Shown here one piece after another: positions 14,731 to 28,366 of a DNA stretch of 64,000 nt. The notes under the pieces are model-generated. The model ran no database searches. It was not told the origin of the DNA and saw only the letters and a program-made list of their open reading frames with translations. Position 1 is the first letter of the stretch; each line of letters starts with the position of its first letter. The DNA is taken from NCBI RefSeq assembly GCF_009914755.1, contig NC_060933.1; one strand, 5' to 3'. The DNA is from the human T2T-CHM13v2.0 reference genome, Homo sapiens. A program made the translations under genes and the position numbers.

Positions 14731-15609
14731 TCCCGAGGATGGGCAATTTGAGCTGAGATTGGAAGGAAGAATGGGAGTTGACTAGGAGATGAGGGAAGAA
14801 GGGTGTTCAGACAGAAAATAAATGTGTAAAAGCACAGAGGTAGGACTGTCATTGGCTCAAGGCAAAGCCTGATGGAGGGTCAGGGTGGCTGCAGCAGAGA
14901 GGACAAGAGGGAAGTGGTGGAGATGAGACTTCAGCAGGGGGCAGCTCAGGTAGGGCTGCACCCTGTGCTGGAGCATGCCCCCACCCCCTCTCCCCAGAAG
15001 AGAATGAACCCAGCGACCCAGCTGGGAAATAGAGACCACAGAGAGAGAGAGTACATGTTGTAAAAGCAAGGGAAAAGTGTTTCAAGACTAAAGGAGTGGT
15101 GGGAAGCTGAGAGGTCAGACAAGATGAACATTAAAAACTGCTCATTTGATATAATACCACAGAGAGCTTTGGAACCACTCCAGTTCACACCATCACCTTC
15201 CTGATTCCCTTACTATGCTTAGGATGTGCCTGTGCTGTTCTTTAGTTATTTCATGTGTAATCCTTATCTCCTTCATTAACACTATGCATTTCTAGGGCTA
15301 GGGACAATTTGATATGCGTGTCTCAGGTCTCCAGTGGGGTGTAACCAGGTATCTGGCAGGTCCCAGGCCCACAGGAAAATTAGAAGCCATAATCCTGAGA
15401 ATCACCCATGTCACCTTCTCCCTCCTCAACATCCACTGGGCAGCAAGCCCTCTGGCTGATCTCTTAGCTTATTTTTAATTTCCTCTCCTTCCTGAATCCC
15501 CACTGCCTCTGCCTTACTTCAGGGCCTCATCTCTCACCAGCCTCCTCCCCCATCTCCCTTCCTCCAGGGTCTCCTCTTTAGTCTACCTGACACACAGCAG
15601 GACGAGAGA

Positions 15610-15933
15610 CTTTTATTTTCATTATTTTTATTTTTATTTTTATTTTTTCAGAGATGGGGTCTCACTCTGTCAGCCAGCCTGGGTGCAGTGGTGTGATAAT
15701 AGCTCACTGCAGCTTCAAACTCCTAGCCTCAAGTGATCCTCCCGCATCAGCCTCCCTAGTAGCTGGAACTATAAGCAAATGGCACAGCACCTGACTATAT
15801 CTTTTACTTTTTGTAGAGTCAGAGTTGCGCTATGTTGCCCAGGCTGGTCTCAAACTCCTGGCCTCAAACGGTTTTACCATCTTGGCTTTCCAAAGTGCTG
15901 GGATTATAGATGTGAGGCACTGAACCCAGCCCA
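15610..15933 (-). mobile_element. AluJ-like
   Basis: Diverged dimer. Confidence 0.9.
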
Positions 15934-18018
15934 GATTTTTATTTTTAAACACAGCTCTGACCATATTGCTCCTTTGCTACAACTCTTCAATGCCTCCCCG
16001 TGGACCGACCACAGGATCAAGGCTAAGCTCCAAGCCTCATCTGAAAGACACTTCACAGACTCCCCTCTGCCAACCTGCCCACCTCAAGTTGGGCCACTTA
16101 ACTCTTGGGCACTTGCACTGTCACTGTGACTAATTTCGATCCTTTAAGGATACAGCACTTTATTATTTAGTGGCCTGGGTTTCTTCATGTCATTCCTTCC
16201 GCCTGGGATCTTCTGACTGGGCTTGCCCATCCACTCCCCCTCCATGATGATGATCTCTCAGCTCTCTTTGTCTGTGGCCTCTGTCGCTACACCCATCACA
16301 GGCCATTCTGCAACATCTTGTCTGTACATCTGTCCACCTGGCCACTTTGCAAACTCCTTAAGCACAAGGAGAGCCCATGATCATCAGTGTATCCCTAACA
16401 CCAAGGCTTCAGCACCCTGTAGGCTTTGTTTTTAACCTTTCTGAGGTCATAAATTCCTTTGAGATTCGTGCCAGAAAAAAAAAAAAAGCACGCACATGCA
16501 CAAAATCTTCCACATGAGCTTAGGAGATTCAAAGACTCCCTACAGCCCCTAGTTGTTCTCAGATACCAGTGTTAGCAATGCCTGCAGTAATGTTTCATGA
16601 ATGAATGAACTCACAAAGAGCAGCCACTCAAATACATGTCATCATCATCACCACTAACATTAGCATTTAGGTAATGCTTATTCCTATGTCTATGTGTTAA
16701 ACACTTTACATGTATTACCTTATTTAATCCACAAACATGATAAAAGTGCTATTAACCCGATGATAAAGATTATGATATAGGTGCTACTATTAACCCTATT
16801 TGCAAATGAGGGTACCAAGTGCTAGGAGAGTAAATAACTTTCCCAAGGTCACAGAGGTATTATAGTAAGGGCAGAGGCAGGATCAAATCCAGGTCTGCGC
16901 AGTTTCAAGGCCCATGCACTTAAGCACTACAGATGTCTTTTTGGAGACTGCTATAGTCTTATTTACTAGTCACGCATGAATAACTGTAACCCTCACCCTA
17001 CATGCTACCATCTTTGTCACAAAGAAAGTTCCTCCCCCAGAGTATACACCTGGATGGACCCGAAATCTTTTCCCTCTTGACCAGAAGAACTAAAAACAAA
17101 CTTGCAAAATAGTCATGTTCAAATGAGAACTGAAGCTGTTAAATGTTCTTTGAGCAAATCTGTGTTTAAGGAATTGATGTTCGGGTCCCTCTTCTAATGG
17201 CCCAAAGAGAAATTTCAAGTCCCCCTGGGGACTTTGCAAAATGAAATTTCACAGTGAATGCTGATGAAAGCACAGTTCACATTTCTGTACTTTGTGAATG
17301 ATTTTCTTCATAAAGCTTCTCTATGAACAGAAAGCATTTCAACTGACTGAGGATAAAGGTGGCAAATAAGCTTTGATATAAGCAAGTCTGTGTGCAATGC
17401 ATCTGTAGGGGGGAAATGGTCCAAATGGCTGCTCTAAGATGAGGGGTCCAAAGTACTCAAAGGAAACACAGGGAAGGTGCTGTCATGGCTAAGGTACCAA
17501 GCGTGGACCAGCGAGACCCCAGCTCAAGCCGCAACCCACCACACCCCACTCAGAGACTCCAGCAGTGACTTTGCTTCCGCAGCTCAGCTACAACTGAGAA
17601 AAACAATAGTAATAAAACCTGTCCACCTCCCAGGGCTGTTATGTGGACTGCGATAACACATGGGAAAGCACTTTGCAAACAGTACATTGCTGTAATATGA
17701 GACAAGTTATTATTTTTAATGTCCAAGGAAATCACCTCAACAAGTAACTTCAATTTAAAAAGACACCAACCAAATATCGCGTGTCATTAGGACAGCTCTT
17801 GAGTAAGGACACTGCGGTGTGCGTGCACTTGGGAAACCTTCCATGATGCCTTCAGGCAGGTTAATAGAGTTCTCTCCAATGTTCCCCTGGCATTCTGTTG
17901 GTGCCAGTAATATAGCCACTGTCTTACGGGGCATTAATGTTTACATGACGGCCTCCCTCACCTGACAGATGCTTCAGGGGAGAGAAATTTTATTCTTCTT
18001 TCTATCCTCTCCCCTACC

Positions 18019-18512
18019 TGTGGTCTGCAGCCTCCAAGATGGTCCCCAGTGATCCCTGCCTCCTGGAATTCAATCCCTTGTGTGTCCTCTCCCACATTGT
18101 CACAGGCTTGGTCTAGATGACCAATGGCATACAGCAGAAGTGATAAGCCGTCACTTCTGATATTTAGGATATTTTTATAAAAAGACTACGGTGTCTGCCT
18201 TAGTCTCCTCACTCCCCCTTTGCTTTGGGAATGCCTAGGGAGACGCCCACATGGTAAGCAATCGGAGTCACCTGCCATCAGCCATGTGAGTGAGCTTGGA
18301 AGTGGATCTGTCAGCCCCAGTCAAGTACTCAGGGTCTGCGGCTCTGCCCAACAGCTTGATTGTAGCCTCATGAAAAAGCCTAAGCCAGAACCACCCAGCT
18401 AAGTCACACTCAGATTCCTAACCCTCAAAAATGGTGTAAGATCATAGATGTTTTTGTTTTAAGCTGCTTAGTTTTGGGGAAATTTGTTACACAGCAATAG
18501 ATAATGAATGCA
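18019..18512 (+). mobile_element. MLT1 (F/G-like) solo LTR
   Basis: tgtggt...ccaagatggtcccc start and ttgttacacagcaatagataa end. Confidence 0.78.
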
Positions 18513-18814
18513 CCATTTCAGTTTTAGAGCAAGGTCCCAGAGAAAGAACATGTTCTGAGAATGAAGGAATTTAAGATTAATATATCCTTATAATATAATG
18601 AATATAATAATTACTATTGAGTACTTAACAATGTGCCAGGTATCTTACATAAATGCCTCCATTTTGCAGATAAAGAAATATAATCCCATTGCTAATAAGT
18701 GACAAACCCAGAATTTGAAGCCATGTTGGTTTATCTCCAAAGACTGCATTCCTTCAATTCGACTAAGGGGGATGGATGGATGGATGGATGAAATGAGCAC
18801 ATACAGCAGAGAGT

Positions 18815-19390
18815 TGTGACAAACACTTCAAAGAAGATATCATAAATTTCTTTAACATACCCTGCAGTTTCTGCCTTGGCATCCATTTTGTGGTCTAGCA
18901 TAAAGTTATTTGAAACCCAGTCATACCACATCGCCTTTGGCCTAGTTAAAACTTTCCCTCCCATGTGGTTGCTTGTGATACTGCCTGCTTGTTGCTCATC
19001 CCACGGACCCAAAACCCAACACACCCACAGCTGCTGACCACAACAAAACCTAATCACCAACACCAGAGTCTGTCTGTCTCTCTTCTCTCTCTCTTTCTCT
19101 CTCTCTGTGTCTCTCTCTTGCTCACTCACTCGCTCTCACTTCCCACTCGCTGGTTGAGCTCTCTGTCCCCTCCAGACTTCCAGACAGTCCCCAGTCAATG
19201 CCCCTAACCTCTCTGGATCCTCTGAGTAATAAATTTCTTCTGTTTCACCTCCTCATTGTGTCTTATCTGACACACACCCAAACCTAACTTTCCCCTTGGT
19301 CAGGGCTCTCCTGGAGACTGGCTATCTTGGCCTGTGGCTACGCTCAACAGAGAGACCTCGAGACCAAATTAGAAAGAACCCAAAACAATA
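18815..19390 (+). mobile_element. Probable ERVL-type LTR (MER73/MER74-like)
   Basis: LTR-like layout with aataaa and a gagagacctcgagaccaaattagaaag end; family uncertain. Confidence 0.45.
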
Positions 19391-21339
19391 AAAATCATAA
19401 AAGAAAAAACATAGCACAGAAAAGTCCAGAAGAGGCCAATTAAGACAAAGAAAGGACTAAGCAACTGCCCTTCAAGAGTGGACAAAAAAAAACTATCACT
19501 CTTCCTCAATCAAGAAAAAAAGCAGACTAAGAAAATACTGGTGGAAATTGATGAAATCCTGAAGGGTGTGACCAGATGGAACACAGTTCTATCTGCCAAA
19601 TGTGAGCACATCAAAAGAAGGCATGTCCCTTTCAGGCCTGAAAGAGGGAGGCCCGCTCACTTCTCTGCCTTGCTGCTCACATCTCAGTGAACAGCACTGC
19701 TCCCCAGACAGAGGAGAAATTCCACCCCAACTGAGGGGCTCAGGAAGATTCCAGGCTCACTCTTGCCTATGGAAAATGGAGCTGGTGAGAAAAGGTTTCC
19801 CCATGCCAGCAAGGGACCAGACAGCTTCCCGACTGCAGTGTCTTTGGATGGGGCTGGTGGGGAAGCCCACCTGTGGGAGCAACTCCAAGTCTGTTTCCTC
19901 GATGGGAACAATAATGTCGACTTGATTGGGTTATTACAAGGATTAATAGTATGTTTGGACCACCTAGCACGGGGCCTGGCACACAATGCTTGATGCATAG
20001 CAGGTGTTCAAAAAATGCTGGTTTCTTCTTCTCTTCCATTCTTTCCTATCATTCTTCACCTCATACTTATTGACTGATAAGATTTTTAAAAACTCTTCCT
20101 TCATCCATCTTTCTGTTACCCAAAAGAGCTAGGAGATGGGGGTGTTTTGCAGGACTAGCCTAAGTTTAAATGTGCACATGGTACAATCAGGGTATTAAAG
20201 CCATGTGAGTCTTCATGGGTAGGCACGTAACCTCTGGAGAAAGCCCACAAGTGCAGAAAGGCTCCTTCCCTCGAGTTCAGGAACTTGGATTCAAATCTCA
20301 GCCCTGCCAACTATTAAGGGCCTGGGTTTCATCATCTGAGAAAGATGAGTAGCAGAGCCTCCCTCACAGGGGATGTTGTAAAGGTGAAAACAACCGCATA
20401 GGTGAAAGTCTGTTTGTGAATGGCCTGGCAGACAGTAGGAGTCAAATTAGTCCAATTAGAGAATATTGAAAGCAAGCCTCCTGGATTATTCACCTAATTA
20501 AGTCCCTTGGTGAGAAAGGCAGAGAGGAAGAGTCCCCAGACATGCCTGCTGGCAGAGAAAGCAGAAGCTGGCCGTCCACAAACCCACCTCAGGAAAAAGT
20601 CCATCAAGCATGGCTCTGGTCCACCAGGAATCCAGGAGCCGGGTCGGGGTAGAGGCAGATGTGTGGGCAGATCTGCAAATGCACTCTGCGTGTCAAAGTG
20701 CTGTGTGAGAGCCCAGAGGGAGGAGCAGTGGTTTCTGGTCTAGATGAGAAAAGCTTAACCAAGGAGGGGCCACTGGAGCGGGGCGTGAAGTAGGCCTTCG
20801 CAAAGGAAGAGACGAAGGGAAATCAGGCAGAGGACTATAGGACAGCAGAGATGTCCCACGTGCCTGGAGCCTGGGGGAAAGGGGAACAGCCAAAGTTGGA
20901 GAGGTCCACGCAGCCCACACAGCCCACACAGATCACGGTAGGCTCACAGGGCAAGCTGCGGAGCTGGAGCTTGACTCTGCAGGTGGAGGAAGTGCCCAAG
21001 CAGGGCTGTGTCAGACCAGGGCAGAATGGAGAGTGGATGAGGAGTAGAGAGAGACTGAGAGCAGCCAGGACCATAAGGAAGCTGACCTAGGCTGGGAGAA
21101 AGGGGAGGGAGCATGGGTGGGGACTGGGCCCAGAAAAAAGTATGCGCAGGGAGCAGGGCTGGGGGAAGGCGTGGGAGAGTAAAGGCAGTCATGGCTCCGC
21201 GTGCAAGGACTGCTCTGACAGTTCACACACTTCACAGTGCCCTTCCCTCCTGCCCGTGGGCTACATTCCTGTCTCACCTCCGCCAGGTTCCTAGTCGTTT
21301 GGGAATCTGAAGGGAGAGGCTCCCACGGAGATAACTAGC

Positions 21340-22260
21340 GCTCTGAAGAGCCTTCCAATGTAATAAAGGCGCCGTCTGGCTCCAGTGGGTTTCCCGGGAA
21401 CACAATAATTACTCATCCTCTAATAGAGCCAATAAATATAGCAAGAGGATAAGTAATTAACAACCTTTTGCTGGAAAGTAGCAATTCTTGTGATCTATGA
21501 AGTTTCCTTTTCCTGTTCACTTCTTCTTCATTATTGCAAATATGATACCCCGGGTAAGCGTGCCATTCATCCTTCACTGAGTTAATCACCAAAGCATGTT
21601 GTATTTTTTATTAAATCCATTCATTATAATTGACTCATATGAATGGAAGCTGGAAGAGCGGTGGTGAGGCCCATCGTCCGCCTTGCTTCCGCTTGTGATT
21701 GCAATACTTTTAATGAGATCAAAATTGTTACCAAACAATTTAACAATGGGGAGGAAAAAAACCCATTAGTAGGAGGGGAAGATAACCTTGCCCCTTTCAT
21801 AATTTCAGCGTACCATAGCAATCTCCTCCAGTTATTTATTCTGCTATCTAATTTCCCACCCATAAAGAATCTTTATTAGTAGTAATTATATTATTAGGCA
21901 ACAGAAAAAGAAAAACTTCACAAACTTCTAAAGCGATTTACCTCTTGGCTTGCAGTTTTAATTAAAATTCCAGTTTATTTAGCAAATAGCTCTGAAAAGA
22001 TTAGATACGAATTTAGCACTATGTTCTTTTTCCACTTTCCAATTCATGAGGGTGATACAAACAACAAAATAATCTCTTTAAATGACTCTTACTCCATTCC
22101 AACATAATTCAGCCCATGGAAAAGAGTTCCAATATCAATTATAAATTATAAATGAACTCCATTATACCCTGCAAATTATCAACAGTAATCTCCCAGTTCT
22201 CTACTTCCTCACAGTTGGTAAATTATATCAATTCACCACTAGGCCTCAAATTACCTAGAC
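21340..22260. promoter_or_regulatory. Candidate conserved non-coding element / developmental enhancer
   Basis: Repeat-free and AT-rich with retained CpGs; dense homeodomain, SOX and AP-1 motifs. Confidence 0.55.
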
Positions 22261-22630
22261 TCTTCCATATCGAAACTTTAAATGGTTTATTAACTGAAAT
22301 GGAAACAATGCAAATCAGGTTTCCATTTCAGCAACACTTACCTCCCACCCAGGATATCAGACAACTTTATCCAAAGTCACACCTGACTTCTCTTAGGGCA
22401 GCTTTTCCCCAGTTATCCAGGAACCCAGTCCAATTCAGTACTTTCCCCAATAAAAAGTCCCACCAGAGCGTTGGTCTAAAGGCACCATGGTGTTGCCGGT
22501 CCATAAATTCATTTATTCAACACATAAGCAAGTCATGCCTCTGAGCCAGGCAGTATGCTTGGGGAATGCTCAGAAATTCCACACACAGGAGCAGAGGGTT
22601 AGTGGTGACAGGCAAAGCTGAAGGGGGGAT

Positions 22631-22668
22631 GTGTCAGTCTGGGTTCTCTAGAAAGACAGGACTAATAG

Positions 22669-22717
<49 letters not shown>

Positions 22718-23106
22718 AGGGGAGTTTATTAAGTATTAACTCACATGATCACAAGGTCCCACAATAGTCTATCTGCAAGCTGAGGAGCAAGGAAGCCAGA
22801 CCGAATCCCAAAGCTGAAGAACTTGGAATCCGATGTTCAAAGGCAGGAAGCATCCAGCATGGGAGAAAGATGTGGGCTGGGAAGCTAAGCCATTCCAGGA
22901 TTTTCACATCTTTCTGCCTGCTTTATATTCTAGATGCCCTGGCAGCTGATTAGATGGTGCCCGCTCAGATTAAGGGTGGGTCTGCCCTTCCCAGCCCACT
23001 GACTCAAATGTTAATCTCCTTTGGCAACACACTCACAGACACACCCAGAATCAATACTTTGCATCCTTCAGTCCAATCAAGTTGACACTCAGTATTAACC
23101 ATCACA
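22631..23106 (-). mobile_element. MLT2A1/A2 (HERV-L) solo LTR
   Basis: Minus strand begins TGTGATGGTTAATACTGAGTGTCAACTTGATTGG, the MLT2A 5' end; contains the typical internal simple repeat. Confidence 0.9.
22669..22716. repeat. (GATA)12 microsatellite
   Basis: Pure tetranucleotide run inside the MLT2A. Confidence 0.95.
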
Positions 23107-24795
23107 AGGGAACATAGGAGGATGAATGAACCAGTGGACAAGTCAGATAAATAAGGCCTGCAGTCACCATCTAAGCCAAGCTTTTTACCTATGCTGTCAA
23201 ATTTCCAGTCAAAGCTCCACACCACCTTGTAAATAGCCATCATATCCTCATTTCACAGAAGGAGCAACCAAGGCTCGGAAAGGTTGAAGCCATTTGAACT
23301 GACTCTTGACGAAAAAAAGGGAAGTTACCAAAAGACTGGGAGGGAGGGTGTTCCCTCAGGAGGAAGCAAACTGCATGGGCAAAGACTGAGCAGCGAGAAG
23401 CCAGGAGCCCAAGTTGCTGGTCCTGTGTGTGGCCACTAACTTGCGGAGCTGCCTCGGGCATTCACAGACCTCTTCAAGCCTATTTCCCCATTTGCCATAT
23501 GCAGGATATCCCCCATTCTGCAAATCTGCAAGGGGCTGCTCTTCTTTTCCAGCAATCGACAATGACTTGTCCTGAGCCTGATGTATGCACTGCTGCCAAA
23601 ATAACGTACCCAAGGGAGAGAGAAGAGGTCTCCTAGAGGACTAACTAAAGGTGACTCGGCTTTGCCCCCTCCAAATTCATTTGCTCCTCCTGATCCCAAA
23701 ACCCAGCCTGAAATTCCCAGAGATGTGCCACTGCCACAAGAGACTCGAGTCATACAATCACATATTAACAAAAATTAATATTGTACCAATAATTTCTGTA
23801 ATAATAATGAAAATGGCTACTATTTATGTGCTGTGTATATTACACGTGCTATCTCAATTCACTCTCACAACAACACTATGAAATAGGTAGATATATTATT
23901 TTCACTTTACCTAAGTGAAAAACCTAAACTCAGAGCAATTAAATAACTGGTTTATTTAACCCTCTGGTACTGCATCTAGTAAGTGGCAGAACAAGGACTA
24001 GAACCCAGCCTCATTAAATCCTTAGGCCCCATGGAACTGAGCCTAGGAGAAATGGATGAGATTCCTTTAACTGTCATAGAACTGCGGTGATGATGGGGTG
24101 TGTACTGAGTTCCTAGGCCCATTCTTGGGAGAAGAGTCAGGGGAGGGACCTGGCCCCACCTAGGAGCTCTCCAGAGTGCTGAACAGACTGCCACAGCATT
24201 CCCACTCAAAGCACTGCATCTTCCACCTGGGTGTCCATGTCTATGTCAAGCCTCACCTCCTGATATCAGTGACCAACAGAACCGCTAATGCAATAGTGTT
24301 GGGAATGGGAGTATAAACGGGAGAAAAAATTAACTTTTAGAAGAACTGAGCTAGAGGGGATAACAGGACATCATTCAGAGGTATCCCACAGGAACTGGAA
24401 ATTCAGGAATGGGAGTAGAGAGAAGCCAAGGCAAGAAGGGCATGTGTCTGCTTCACAGAGGAATCATAGAGGAAAGAAGTGCTGAATGGGTGGATGTGTT
24501 CTTGGAGTGATTGCTGAGAAACAGCAAAGCCAGAGGTGGGAAGGGAAGGAGACTCCTTTCAGCTGCCCTAGACAGTGGGCGCCAAGAACAAATATTGCAT
24601 TAAACCCCATTATTGTTTTAAAGGTGTTCAGGGAGGATGGCATTTTACTGCCTGTAGATTTAAATCGGTGAATAAATTCCCACTACCACTCCTAAACCTC
24701 CAGTAAGAAAGAACAAGAAATGACAAAGTGTTCCAGGGAAAAATAGAAAATAGAAAGTGATCTGCTGTAAGGTGACATGATTCAAGCTCAAATCC

Positions 24796-25098
24796 TTTTT
24801 TTTTTTTTTTTTTTTTACTGAATCTCACTCTGTCACCCATGCTGGAGTGCACTGGAACAATTCAGCTCACTGCAACCTCCGGCTCCCGGGTTCAAGCAAT
24901 TCTCCTGCCTCAGCCTTCGGAGTCAGTAACTGGGATTACAGGCACCCACCACTACACCTGGCTAATTTTCGTTATTTTTGGTAGAGACGGGGTTTCGCCA
25001 TGTTGGCCGGGGTGGTCTCGAACTCCTGGCCTCAAGTGATCCGCCTGCCTCAACCTCCCAAATCGCTGGGATTACAGGTGTGAGCCACTACCCCGCCA
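24796..25098 (-). mobile_element. AluS-like
   Basis: Dimer. Confidence 0.92.
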
Positions 25099-26279
25099 AT
25101 CATATCCACTTTTAATTGAAGTAAAAACATCTTAAAATTTTGAGAAGTCACTTGGAAAGGCCCTGAGCTTCTCTTTGGCCTTGAGACCACAGAACCAAAA
25201 GGCTTACATAAAGGGATATTTATAAACACACCTCTCCCTCTGGTGGTAAAAGAGGTATTTAAAAAGCACATTTATTCTCTGGCTCCATCCCCACCTCCAC
25301 CCTCCTACAGACCTTACATAAAAATAGTTATGCCCTTTTATGAACTTAGTCTCTCATTCAAGCCCACTTTATTATGCATCAACTCAGTGTCAGGCACTGA
25401 GGGGTTCAGAAAAGAATAAGGCTCAGTCCCTGTCTTCAGGATGGACTTGTAAACAAATGATAATGCAAATTCACCCACGTTCTAGCAGGTGAGGGCCAAA
25501 GGGCTACAGGAGCATGAAGCAGAGCATGAGTTATTCTGCTGGAAGGAAAGGTGTGGTTTGGAAGAAATGTCAAAGGTGAGGTAGAATTTGCCAAGTCTAG
25601 AAGCCAGGAAAGTGGTGTGGGCACGGGACCATGAGGAGCATGATCATAGGTTTCCTCGAGGCAGGAACACCTTCATGATTTCCATACTGCTGGTGCCTAG
25701 CCCAGTGCCTGGGAGGGAGTAGGCGTGAAACAGATGCTAGAGGAATTAATGGCATGTAGCTCCATGTGGAGGGAGGAAAGCCTGCCCACGGGGCTTTGCA
25801 ATAGACAGGGAACTCAGTGGAGACAGAATCCATAAGCCTCAAGACCAATTTTAATGTGAAACTGCTCAAGCCTACAGCTGTCATGTTCAGATTTGGTCCT
25901 TCATTTCTCCAGGCAAGGATTTAACAATAACGTTCATGTCCACCTCACCACAGGGGAAAGGAAATATATGACTACAGTGGGGTCTAATTTCAAGAGGGAT
26001 GGGCCAGCTCCCGGATGCAAGAGGGAGAGTCCACTCTGCTGTTTAGAATTTCAAAAGGTATCATCAGCAATAACTGCTCAAATATGATGGGAGAGGGGAC
26101 TAGCGCGTATGGCCATCTTTATCAAATTTTGGAGCCTCCTTTTGTTTCTGATGTTGAGCTATAAGTTCCAAATCTTCTCATTTTTCACAGCTCAACACAG
26201 CTAATAGCTGTGGCCAAATCCAGTGCTTTCACTAGCTCCTTGAGATGAGAGCTGTTATTCCTCTACTAAGTATTTAAGC

Positions 26280-26430
26280 AATACCTTTTAATTTACTTAA
26301 TGAATTCAGAACAAACTGATTGATGGCCCAGCTCAGTTGGCAATGACAGCTGGCATTTCCCTGATGACCAGATAATGAGGCAATTGCATTAAGTGTGTGT
26401 CACCCTGATCAGCTGGCGTGGTCTATTAAG
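26280..26430. promoter_or_regulatory. Candidate PBX-HOX/MEIS enhancer module
   Basis: TGATTGATGG at 26317-26326, TGACAG at 26344-26349, and CAGCTG E-boxes. Confidence 0.5.
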
Positions 26431-26759
26431 GCAGAGCTAGGCCACGTACGGCTTTCAGTCAGCATCCACAGCCTGCAGGTCCTTAAGCACTCTGGGACTG
26501 GCTTACACACCTCTGCATTTCCATGCTGTGATAAATCTGATGCTTTCTCGGTGCACCTTGAAGAAACCAAGCCAGTCAACTTAGCTTTGGAAAAGCCTGT
26601 ATCCTGTTGCAAATAATGATTAAAAGAAACATTGTGGGATTAAGACTCAGGAAACTGAGATTCTAGTCCTAATTAATTAATTCATCCACTTGACAAACAT
26701 TAATCGAATGCCTATCACGTGCTAGCTACTGAGCTAAGTGCTGGGATATAAAATAAAAT

Positions 26760-26970
26760 CACTATTGCCATGTTTGCTGAGCATTTACTATGTGCCAGGC
26801 ATGGCTCTAAGCACTTTCAATGTATGAAGTTACTTAAAACTCCTAACAACCCTACAGGTAAGCGCTATTATCATACCCATTTAACAGATGAGGAAACTGA
26901 GGCACAGGGACGTCAAGTAACGTGCCTCAGTTTTCAACCTCATAAGTGGCAGAGCCAGGAACAAACCCAG
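26760..26970. mobile_element. MIR (representative of many MIR/L2 remnants in the window)
   Basis: gagcatttactatgtgccagg...acagatgaggaaactgaggcacag. Confidence 0.8.
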
Positions 26971-27100
26971 CCAAAATGACTCTAGAGATGAATGAGATGC
27001 AGCTCTAGCCCTAGAGAAGCTTGAAGTTTCTTGGAGGGATACACAGACATGTACACATGTGCACTTAATGCTCTGTGATTCAGAAAAAAAATGTGTAACC

Positions 27101-27711
27101 TGTATTAGCTTTCTATTGCTGCACAAAAAAATTAATACAAATGTGGTGCCTGAAGACAACACCTATTTATTAGTTCACAGTCCTTTAGGTCAGGAATCCA
27201 CCATGGTGTAACTGGTTTCTCTGTTCCCTGCTCCGGTTATCACGAGGCTCAAATTAAGGTGTTGCCGGGTTTATGGCACTCATCTGGGCTCAGGGTCATC
27301 ATCTGTGCTCACTGGTTGTTGGTAGAATTCATCTCCTTGCAGCTGCGGGACTGAGATCCTTATTTTCCTCCTAGCTGTCAGCCAGGGACCACACTCAGCA
27401 ACTAGAGACTCCCCACAGCTGCTTGTCATAGTGACCCCCATAGGTAATTGATAACATGGGTATCTGCTTTCTTCCTGACTGGCTGGAATGCATCTCTCAG
27501 ACTTCCTCTTCTGCAACCAGCCAGAGAAAACTCTTCCTTGAAAGGGCTGGCCTGATTAGATCCCCAGGGATATCTCCCTTTTACCCTACAATGTAATATG
27601 GTCACAGGGGCGATGTCTTATCATAGACACAGGGTCCACCCACACTCAAAGGGAAGAGGATTATACAAGGCAGAGTATCATTCAAGGTCATCTTAGAATT
27701 CTTCCCACCAC
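27101..27711 (-). mobile_element. MLT1 (E/F-like) solo LTR
   Basis: tgtattagctttctattgctgc...ttcccaccaca termini. Confidence 0.78.
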
Positions 27712-28366
27712 ACTTGCTGAGTTTTCACTTTCCTGAGGCTAGACTAGATGACAATGATGATAGCTAACTATTTGTATAGTGATTCACAATTTAATAAATA
27801 CCTTTTCACATGTAGTCTCTTATATGAGCCTTACCATCCAGAAATCCCAGTGCTCTAGGAGAAAAGGTTAGCTTCACTGCTCAGAAGAGGAATATAAGGG
27901 TTAGAGAAGTTACATAGCCTGCTCCCTGCCATGCTGGTAGAGCATGGGAAAGCCAAGACGTTAACTTAAGCCTTCCAGTTCCAACATCTGAGCTCCTTCC
28001 TCTAGCCCGTGCTGCCATATAGATCCAAAAGGACCAGACACAAGCTAGTGCCAGTGCCTTGACTGAAGTGGGAAGAACACAGGAATCAGATCTTGGTTTG
28101 AATCCAAGTTTTGCCGCTTGGATTCAAACCCATTAGTTCCAGGTCTTGTGCAAACCACTTCCTCTTTCTGGGTATCCTCATCTGTAAAATGGGGGGAGAA
28201 GTTGGACTACATGGTCTCCAAGGGCTCTTTCAGCCTCAAATCAGGACAAGACTGTTTCAACTATGCTGTGGGAGATTATTAGCTCCAACGGTCCATTTTC
28301 TTGTTGAAGAAGAACTGTATAACTATGCCCTCTTCCAGGTATTCCTGGGGTATGGGAGAAGATCAG

